A stretch of 64,000 nucleotides of DNA from Lepidodermella squamata (Eukaryota > Animalia > Gastrotricha), in contig JBLDXI010000007.1 in NCBI GenBank assembly GCA_047495785.1, positions 3,658,001 to 3,722,000 of the forward strand. The letters run 5' to 3'. Shown piece after piece: positions 51,001-61,959 of the stretch. The position numbers were made by a program, and so were the translations under genes. The notes under the pieces are model-generated. The model did no database searches. It saw nothing but the letters and a program-made list of their open reading frames with translations, and was not told the origin of the DNA. Each line of letters opens with the position of its first letter. The stretch's first letter is position 1.

Positions 51001-54000
51001 TCCTAACGAATGTCCTTCGCCTCATCGAGGCGAACATCGGCAACGCTGATGCGGCGTGGATGAAGCGAATCGCCGGCTACGCCCAGCCTATCGTGTCCCA
51101 ATCCACGCCGGAAATGCTCCGCGACAATTTGCTGCCAGTCGCGCTGAAATTGCGGGACAGAGCCGTTGCCCTGGGCAAGGCCGAGGAGCAGTATAATTTG
51201 GATAAGCGATACGGCAACGACGTGTCTGATACCGAGCTGGCCCTGGTCGAGCAGTTGCAGCTGCTTGTTCGCGACTTGTTCGCGTTTTACCCGATGCTGC
51301 TGAAGTACATCGACCTTCACCGCTCGGCTTGGATCTCCCAGCCGCGGCCTGAGGTTGAGGAGTTGTACAACGCCGTTGCGGATGTGTTCAATTTCTGGAC
51401 GCAGTCGAATCATATCAAGCGCGAGGAGACGAATTTCGTCGCTCAGAATGAGATTGACATCATGGCTTTGATTATGCCGGTCCAGGCCAAGGGCCTCGCC
51501 TCGGCCCTCGCCGCGTCTGAGTCGGGCGGGGATGATGCCAAGGGTTCGCGGTCTGGGAAGCGCGAGCGGCGGAAGAGGTCGGAACAACAGACGTCGATTG
51601 TTGTCGCGTGTTTGAAGCGGCTGTTGCCTGTTGCGATGAATATGCTGTCCGGCCGGCAGCAGGAGTTGGTCCAGGTCGCCAAGGTCAAGTTCCTGCAGGT
51701 ATGTTTTGTCTTTTAGAATAAATTCCCAATCATGTCTCCCAATCAATTCCCACATACTCAGCAAAGAAAGGTTTCAAGTTTTATATTGTGAATATTGGAA
51801 TTTATATTGGAAATTATATTGTGAAATTGAAATTTTGATTTGAATTCGAAATTCTAAGCCCATTATTGGCCAATTGGCCAATTTCAATATAACGCTGATA
51901 TTGAAAAATATTGAAAGAAATATCCTGCAGATGAAATATTGGTATTTAGGAATTGGGTTGCGAATTTCGGAAAAAAATAACCGGAAATTCGGGAATTTGA
52001 AACATACAGAAAATTACCGAATTCGGTTTTTTCTATTTTTTGGCCCCCAAGTTCATTTTTAATCGAGTAGCCTATAAGACACCCTATATCTCAATTGTAA
52101 TTTACCAAAGTCATGGCGATTCCATAATAGGGATTAAGTATTAGGCTAATTTCTGGAATTATGGAAATTTGAAATTTCGTTTTTTTACAAAATGAAGTGC
52201 CTATTTGTACATCATTTTTTAAAGTGAATTTTGGTATTTCAAGAATTGTTTGGGTTTCCCTGGTTAGGGTTAGGGTTAGTTTTGAACAAAGGAAAAAAGT
52301 ACCACATAATTATGTACAAATAGGGGCACCTTTTACAAAAATTGTAAATTGAAAATTCGATAAGAAGCCCTCAGTCTATCTAATTCGCGCTGAAAATTTT
52401 ATTTGAAGAGTCGGATTAAACTTATTTAATATATTTTGTAGTTTAAGTCTAGCTCTGCCACTATCATCTAATTCTGCTAAAATAGGCAAACACTCATAAT
52501 GTGCTTCTAGACGGCTTTTTAGATAGAAGAACTACCCACCTAGAATCTGGAAAAATTCAGCAATATTTTATTTTATTATGCTAAAATGAAAGCAAAAGGT
52601 CTGCATATATTTTTGAAAAATTCGGCGATTTTTTGCCGATTTTGTGTCCCAATTTCCACTGAAAAAATACGTATAATTTAAAAATTGATTGCAACGACAG
52701 TCGATTGACATGTCTTTGGCGCCGCAATCGTCGGCGCAAGCCAATTGGTTTCCTGTTATCGGCGTAAGCGCGTGATCATAATACTTTGTTGTTTTTTGTT
52801 TTTCATTTCATCTTCCATCCATCTCATCCTCCTCATCCTACTCTTTTCATCTCCTCCTACTACTACCTTGATCTCATCAATCTCCCAACCCTCTCTATGT
52901 TCGCATGTGTTTGCGCTTGCTTTGCTTGCTTGGTTTGACTTACGGCTTGGCTTTGCTCACACCTCAAAACTCTTCTTCCTAACTTGGCCCAATCACGACA
53001 CTCAAAAATCGACGATTTCGCACACGTTCTAGCTCTGCGGATTGCGAACTTTCGAAGTGCTGGTAAGGTTTTATGCTACATTTGTAACTCCGCGGCCTCG
53101 GCTGGCTCTTGCCGCGGCTGCTTTCAGTTTTTTTCGATTTGTACCGCCCTCCCAACTTGGATTTTATTATAAGTCAGTTTTGCTATAACTCGTGTTTCGT
53201 TTCGATCGCATCTATTGAAGAACAAACCAAAAGCCTCGATAACAGTTGGTTTTGGCTATCGTTTTTTGCGTTGTTTATGGCAAGATGATGATAAAAAAAT
53301 ACCGAAAATTAATGCGCACTTTTTTGACATCGCCTTGCACTTGTTTAGCTTAATTTTTTGAACAGATTTTATTAGTAAAAAATGAATGCGCATAGCTTAG
53401 GGCTGGTTTCCGTGGGGTGATTACTAGACCGCATTAATATAAGACAAAAACCTTGAAAAATTTGTGTGATTTTTTTGGAAATTCGTTGCTAATTTCGGGG
53501 ATCGCATTGGGACTCGCGTGTGATTTAACGCTTATTTTAGTCGTCGCGTGCAAAAAAATCAGGTGTTGGTGTTTTTTAAATAAAATCGCAAGGTGTTTTA
53601 ATTGCTAATTTTATTGTTGCATTGCATAGTAATTGTTGTCACATATATGTTAGAGCGATTAGTTTTATTAGGCTGCGATTTAACGCTAATAATACTATTG
53701 TGATGGGCTTTATTAATCGATGCAAAAACGTGTAGGTTTTTGCGAAATCGCCGATTTTCTCCTTGTCTAAAACTTCTTACCCTCTCTCAACAAAATATCA
53801 TCCTTTAGTCATACAAATCAGAAGCGAACTAAAATTCAGAAAATATTAAATTAATCGAAAATATAAGAATTAGCGCTTCTGATTTGAACTGAATGTGTCC
53901 TTGAACTCTCGCCTTGCTTGGTTCGACTCTCATTTTCGTGATACGCATGCTCCTCGTTATCTGTTTTATTCCGATGCGACCCCGCTGCCTTTGTTGTTCC

Positions 54001-57000
54001 TAATGTTTCCGAATTTTAATGAATAATCGCCTGTCCTTTCAAAGCATGATACTGAGAAAGGCGCCCTTGTATGGATTTTTTTTTTGATGAATGTCAAAAA
54101 TCCTAGTTAACAGTCAACTTTTTGTGTCGAGCAAAGGTTCTCCGAAAGCTTCTGAATTAATTTGCGATTTTTTCGAATCTTTACAGAAAGAAACCGAAGT
54201 CGAAGTCATCGACCACATCAAGGTCCTGCTGGCCAAAGAAGACGAGGTGAGATTTTCTGCCTAATGACCTGAATCGATAAATTATATAAATTTCATTTTT
54301 TCGGAATTTTCCGATATTTGATTATTGATTTATCGATAATTTTTCGATTTCCCATGATCACATTTTTTATCTAATTTTTTTGCTTATTTCAGCCCACCGA
54401 TGACAGCCAGAAATGGCAGAAGATTCTGTACAAGAAAATCGGCGGTTCGTTAGGCGAGGACAACCCGGCGCTGGTCGCCAACAAGGACGCGCGGTACGCG
54501 TGGGGCGCCACTCGCGTCTGCTCCGTCGCCAAGGTCGTCTACGGCATGCACGTCGTCGACCACCCGCAGTTCTTCGCGAAAAACGTGTGGAAGAAGGTGA
54601 TTTCGGTACAGCGCCGTCGCGCCGTGATGGCCTGCTTTCGCATGGTGCCGCTCTATGTGCTACCGCGGCATAGAGCCATCAACCTCTTCCTAACGTGCTA
54701 CTCGACCATGTGGCTAGAAAACGAGCTCCTCGAGACGAACAAACTCATCGAATACCTCACCGGCGATACGGCGACCGGCGAGGACGAGGCAGCCGCGGCC
54801 GCTGCTGCTGCTGCGGCTGAGGCGGCCGGCGGCCCGAGCGCCCAGAGCTCGGCGCCCTCCGAGGCCCCGTCGGCTGCTCCGGCCGCTATTGAGGCGCCGC
54901 CGGGTGAAGGCGCGCCGAACCCGGACCAGGGTGCCGATGCCCCGGCCGAGGAAGAGGCTGAGAAGCCGGATTCGTTGAAGCAGCTGGTTGCAGCTTTCAG
55001 CCGCATTGCGACGGCCGAACGCTCCGATCCGTTGCCGCCGGATGATTTGTTCATGAAAATGGCGAAAATCATGTCGAAATCGTGCTCGGTCGGCGATGAA
55101 GGTGAACCTTTAGAACGAATTTAGAACGACTTGAAATAATTGATCAATCATCAATCAAAAAATTTGATCCACACAAAAAGAAATCTAAATTGATCAGAAC
55201 TGATTTTGATAACAATGGATCAAATTTAGATCAATCATGAGCTAAAGTATCAGAATGTTATCAATTTGATTCACTTTCGATTCGATTAAGCTGATGAAAT
55301 TCTACGGATAATTATTTGTGGATCAAAAAGTTGAATCATTGCAAAGTTTGGATCAATTGAATTTCTCGTTACATTCGGCCGTGTTACAACTTTGTTATTC
55401 GGGTAGGGGCAGAGTATGTATGGATCAATTTGGATTCAAATTTCATAAAGGCGACAAAAAATTGATTGAAAAAGAATTACGTGGAATGCATCCGATCAAA
55501 TCAGGAAAATGAGAAATCAATCGTTGATACGACTGTAATTTCAATCGCGTGAAATTCCAACGCTACTCTCCCAACGGAATTTCGGTCTACTTCTTAAATG
55601 AAATGAATTGCTCTCAGTTTCTCGAAATTCCTTCTGTTTTAAATGTTCATTAACTGTTGTTCCTGCTTTTGCAGGTGATGATGACGGACCGACAGATACG
55701 CTGGAAATGGACGCTGAAGAACAAGCTCGTCAGCTCGAAGAGGACGAACTCGCCAGGCAGAGGTTGTTGGCTGAACAGCGGCGGTTAGCCGAGCGCAGCG
55801 TCGCCGAAATGGTCATTCAGTTCATTGCGGCGTCGCGAGGCGAAATCGGCGACATGGTCATGACGGCTGTTGAACTGGGTATCGCACTGCTAACTGGAGG
55901 CAATGTCGATGTCCAACAACGCATGCTTCAGCATCTCAAGGTTTGAATTTGAAAAATCTCGAGTCTCGATTAAAAATGTTGAGCAATTTTAGAATTTTAG
56001 TTCTGCTGAATCATGAAATTAAGCTTGAATTTTTTATTAATTTTGAAATTTTAAATTTTAAAATTTTGATAAAATTTTAAATGTTTTATATTGAATTGTT
56101 TATTTCGATTTTTCTAGGATACGAAAAATGTCGATTTCTTCCAGTCGATTGCGACCATTCTCGAACGCTCGTCTGTCCTAGATTTGGACGCTTTCGAGCG
56201 TTGCAACAAGGCGCAGGCCCTGGGCATGTCGACCGAGTCGAACCCTGAATTGCAAAATCTGCACGATAAGGACTCGACTTGCCAGTTGTTCCGCTTCTTG
56301 CAGCTTCTCTGCGAGGGCCACAACAACGACAATCAGAACTACCTGCGATCTCAGACTGGGTCGAACGCCTCCGTCAACTTGATCATTTGCACTGTTGATT
56401 ACTTGCTGAGGCTTCAAGAGTCTATCATGGATTTCTATTGGTTCTATTCGAATAAGGAGAGCATCGAAGAATCAGGCCGTGATTGCTTCATGAAGGCTAT
56501 CGAAGTCGCTAGTCAGGTAAAATATTAAAAAATTTATAAGTTTTGAAATTAAATTTAAATTTTAAATTTTAAAAATATTGAAATTTGAATTTTTCATAAT
56601 TTTTGAGTTGAATAATTGAATGCTAATTTTAACAAATTTTAACAGGTTTTCAATACTCTGACGGAGTTTATTCAAGGCCCATGCGTTGGCAATCAGCTCG
56701 CTCTGGCTCATTCGCGTCTGTGGGACGCCGTGGGCGGTTTCTTCTACATTTTCGCTCACATGCAAGAGAAATTGTCGAAAGACCCTGAGCTTATCGACCT
56801 GCTGAAGGAATTTATGGGCCTGCAAAAGGACATGATGGTCCTGCTGCTGTCCATGCTTGAAGGCAACGTCGTCAACGGCGCGATTGGCAAGCAAATGGTA
56901 GACACTCTGGCTGAATCTTCGAGCAATGTCGAAGTAAAAAAACACGAAAAATTCGTTTTTCAATGATTAAAATAATTTCAATATTTTTCAGTTGATTTTG

Positions 57001-60000
57001 AAGTTTTTCGACATTTTCCTGAAAATGAAGGATCTTACCTCTTCTGAAGCTTTCATGGTACGTTTAGACCTAATTTTTTTCTGGGAAGTACCCGGGTCGG
57101 TTTTCGGGAATTTTTGGGACCCTGGGAACATTTTCTTCGATTTTATTGCGAAATTTCGTCGCAGATGTTCGCGAAACAAGGCGTGTCTTGTATGACGCGC
57201 GGTGAGTTGAAGCAGGCGCTGAAAGCTACTAAATATTATGAGAGGTAATAAAGAAAGATAATGACGAAAAATGTGGGAGCGGGCGGACTGATATTTTGGT
57301 TTCGACTAGTTGCTCGCGAGTGGTTCTTAGTTGGTTTTCTTCTGTGCTTGGATTGACGATGAACAAATATTCACAAGTTTTATCGGGCTATTTATTCGTA
57401 AAATTTTTCCTATTTCCGAATCGCACCGAAAAATTCGCCAAATTATACTGCTTGCTCGCCTTTAGTAGCATTATTTTTGTTTTTTATTTATTTTTATTTT
57501 GCTGATTTTCGCTTGATCGTTGTATTGTGTCTTGCCGCCTTGGTGTTGCTGCTGTATAGGAAATCGACGGTGATGGTAATGGGGTCGTATCGGGCAAAGA
57601 GTTCCGAACTGCTCTAGAAAATCAGAAAGTCTACACCAAGTGAGTAAAATCGAAGGCCTGCTTCTTAGCAGCTGGAAGGCTTTTGATGAAAAAAATACTG
57701 ATTGAAAGCTGAAAAGTATTAATATCAGCTTTCATCCACTCATTTTTAGCCCTAGCAGCCGCTGAATATAAAACCTGCTTATAATGAAAATTTACATCGA
57801 ATGAGGCAAAAAACCAGAAACTACTGATTTTATATATTTTCGACGTTTTTTGCCTCATCGTAAAATGGAGCTTCTATAAGCAAGGTTTCACGGCTTTTTT
57901 CGCTCCGACTAAACAATCTGCTTTACAATCGAAGAGATAGTTATAGGTTACACTAACCTTTTTTCTTGATATTTCTTTCAAATTAAAAAATGTAAACATT
58001 TTCTGTGACGAAGGGGAATTGAGAGTTTGGAGTTTGGATTGAAAATGAAATTTCATTAAATAAATTTGAAAAACTATAAATCCAAAAAGATTTGAGAGTA
58101 TCGGGCAACTCTCAACTCCCTGTGTCACAGTTTCTTCACTGATCTCTTAATTTACAAACATTCATGGCTAATTTTTAATGATCTGTAAACTAGCTAGGTA
58201 ATCTTTTCTGGAACAACAACCTTAATTAATGTATAAATTCATAAAATTCCGACACTTTTTCATTCGCATCATTATTTGAATTAGAATTAGTAGAAGATTT
58301 TGCTTTGTTACTGTCAATTTTCCAGCAATTTCTATCGCGGCATTTTATTTACTTTCAATTTTGTCTTTTTTCACTGAATCTTGACGCATGAATTATTCTT
58401 CAGTTTTAACCATTTAGTTATCGATTTTTTAGAATTTTCGATTTCATTTTCTGTTAATTATTTTATTTTGCCTATGTTAGTAGTGACCTGTAACTATCTC
58501 TTTAGCTGATTTTTTTGCGTGTTTTTCTAACTAACCCTAACGTGTGTGAGTGATCAGTCGTCCGCCCCAAATTTGCATGTTTCAGTCGTAGAAAAAATCC
58601 CCTATTAAAAACCTTTCTCAATTTTCCCAGGGAAGAAATCGATTACGTCATGCGGTGTGTCGACGTGAACCAGGACGGCAAGATCGATTTCATGGAATTT
58701 GTCGATCGATTCCACAACCCGTCGAAAGAAATCGGCTACAATTTAGCCGTTCTTCTCACAAATCTTCAAGAGCACATACCCAACGACGTCCGGCTGTCTC
58801 GCCTGTTGGAAAAGGCGAAATCGGTGCTGGAATATTTCCAGAAATACCTCGGCCGCATCGAAATCATGGGCTTGACCGGGCGCGTCGAGCGGGTTTACTT
58901 TGAAATTTCGCAGATCAACATCGAGCAGTGGGAGAAGCCGCAGATTCGCGAGTCGAAGCGGTCTTTCCTGCACTCGGCCGCGGGCGAGGACGGCGATAAG
59001 GAGAAGCTCGAGATTTTTGTCAATTTCTGCGAGGATACCATCTTTGAAATGCAACACGCCTCGTCGCTGTCCAGCGAGGAGCAACAGGGCCCGACGAAAG
59101 CGTCCAAGGACTCAGCGGACGAAGAGGAACAAGGTACGAATTAACGAAAAATTCTCAAAATTTCTGCGGAAAAACTGTTTACTTCTCGAAAAATTCTAAT
59201 TTTTAAGAAATTGAAAAAATTGAAAAATTGAAAATTTGAAAGTAATAAATGAAAAATTAAGCAAAATAATATAAAGTAAAAAATAATTGGTATAAATCCC
59301 GAGATATTTTAAAATTTCGATTTCAATTAAATTTGAAATTCCAATTTTTTTTTAATTTTCGGAAATTTTCTCAATTTTTATTCTGATTCGATTTCCCGAA
59401 ATTATTTTAAAGCCGGAAATTTCTTGAAGCCAGTGCGAAAGTTTGATGTTTTTAATTATTCGCTGAATTTGTTAATAAATTGCAATTTTTTGCTTTCCAA
59501 GGTGCTGAGAAGGATGTTTCACCGGCGCAAATGCTGCTCGGCGTTCTGCGCACGCTGTACGACTTCATCTGGCTGATAGTCGGCCTAATCATGGGCATTT
59601 TCTCGGTGCTGACGTGGCAGAATATCAAAACCGCCTATCTCACGCTCAGCTCCATGACCCCGGGTGACATGGCCCTGGCGGCCGGGCGCCTCCAACTGCG
59701 CCTTCTCATGGCCGGCCTAGGCTATATCGAACTAATAGCTAAAACTCTGGGCCTATTTATCCTAAATATGATGCGGGGCCCGGTGAAGGACGACGAGTCT
59801 ACAGTAGCGCCTGAATCGGTGGCGCCCAGCCCGACGATCCTGAGCAGGGTGCGCCTAGCCGGCCAGCCGTCACCCACGCAGCTGATCCGGCTCGATGACG
59901 ACGATTCGAACGGCGACGAGGAGGAACTGGCTGTTTTCGGCGTGAAAATGCGCAAACGCGATGACGGGTTTGTAGTCACCCCTGACGAGAACGCCCTGGA

Positions 60001-61911
60001 TCCGACGGCAGCGGTGACCGCAACACCCGCAGCACCCACTCCATCGGCTCCGAAGACTGATACAGTCTCGGGCATTTCAATCCCAGGCCCGGGCGGGTCG
60101 AAGTCACTGCCTCCGCCGCGTATTTTCAAGGACGCCCCGGATCCGGGTGTTTTCCAGCAGGCGGCTAAGCCTGAAGAGGCGGCAACCAAGGCGTCGTGCA
60201 AGAAGGGCTTCGACTATACGAAATTCATCGCTGGGATGTTGGCGCGTAACTTCTACAGGTTCAAATTCATCGCCTTGGCTTTGACTTTCTTGATCAACGT
60301 CATTCTGCTGTTCTCGAAGGTCAACCAACAGGTTCGTTTTTTTCGATTTTTCTTCTAATTTCATCTCAGAAATCGCCTGAAAATGTTGGAAAAATTCATT
60401 TTGAAATTGGATAATTTTTTTAGTATTTCTAGTTATGAGATTTTTATTAATTGAAATTATTAACAATTTGAAAAAATGAAAATTAAATTTAAGAAACTTC
60501 AGACACGTTCCAACTTTCAATTTTGAATTCTAAATTTAAATTCTAATTTTTTTAATGAATTTAAGTTTGAATTTCAAATTTTTTTAATTTTAATTGTAAA
60601 TAGCGATGTGAAATTTTGCCGTGAATTTTTCATTTAAATTGTCCAATATATGTTTTCAAAATTTATGATATTTTTATTAGGTGGTTGAAGAGCCAGAATC
60701 AGCCGGAGATGACGAAGCAGCCACTGAGGCAATTGCAGACACCATCGCCAACATCGCTAGCGAAATCGTCTCAGAAATTTCCAACGCCACCGAGTCATTA
60801 ACCGAGGGTGGCGAAGAAGGCGCCGGGGGCGAGGAGGGTGGCGAAGAGGCCGAACCCGAGGTCATTGAATGGGTCACCCTATCACCGGAAATGTCCTACC
60901 TCGAGACCACCCTGCGCCTGCTCGCCCTCCTCCACTCATGCGTAGCCTTCGCCCTTCTAGTCGGTTACTACTTTCTCAAAGTGCCCCTCGTCATTTTCAA
61001 ACGCGAAAAGGACGTAGCGAGGCGGTTGGAATTCGACGGTCTGTGGATCGCCGAACAGCCGGCCGATGACGATCTGAAGGGCCACTGGGACAAACTCGTC
61101 CTAGCCACGCCGTCGTACCCGAAAATCTACTGGGACAAATTTGTCAAGAAAAAGGTCATTGGCAAGTACGCGGAGCAGTTCGACCGCGCGCAAATCGTTG
61201 AACTGCTCGGCTACGACAAGGTCCAGCCCACCGGCCCGTCGTTCATCCCGTCATTTCTACGCTCGATCGACTGGCAGTACCTTGTCTGGAAATGGGGCGC
61301 GATTTTGACGGATCAGAGTTTCTTGTACATCCTGCTCTACTTCGTTCTGTCCGTTGTCGGAAATTTCAAATACTTCGCGTTCGCGTGCCATCTCGTCGAT
61401 ATTGCCGTGTCGATCAAAACCCTGCAGACCATTTTGTTGTCAGTCATGCAGAACGGCCGGCAGCTGATGCTGACAGCCATGCTGCTCGCCGTCGTCGTGT
61501 ACTTCTACACGGTGATTGCGTTCAACTTCTTCCGCCAGTTCTACATCATGGGCGAGGACGGCGAGGAGAAGGATGCGAAATGCCATGACATGTTGTCGTG
61601 CTACACCTTCCACTTGTACAAGGGTGTGCGCGCCGGTGGTGGTATCGGTGATGAAATCGAGTCGCCCGACGGCAGCCCGGTCATGGTCTATCGTATGATC
61701 TTCGACATGACCTTCTTCTTCTTCGTCATCGTCATCCTGCTCGCTATCATGCAAGGTTCGTTTTTTTACAAATTTCGGCAATTTATTTGACATTTTCTAG
61801 ATTATTTTAATATTTGATCCTAATTTGATTCGATTTGAGCTTTCAAGTTCATCTGATCTCAGTTAGATTCAGCCAATTTCTGGAGTTGATCTTTGATCAA
61901 GTCCTCTAAAT

Positions 61912-61959
<48 letters not shown>

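Noticed and set aside
51003-51764. 253-aa antisense ORF, and many similar antisense or off-frame ORFs over RyR exons
   Set aside because: Shadows of GC-rich coding exons; no independent motifs or splice structure.
52262-52279. Telomere-like GGTTAGGGTTAGGGTTAG
   Set aside because: Under three units; too short to call an interstitial telomeric array or infer taxonomy.
57165-57639. Reading exons 32A and 32B as consecutive constitutive exons
   Set aside because: Both are phase 0-2; joint inclusion shifts the frame, and they are homologous to the same RyR segment.
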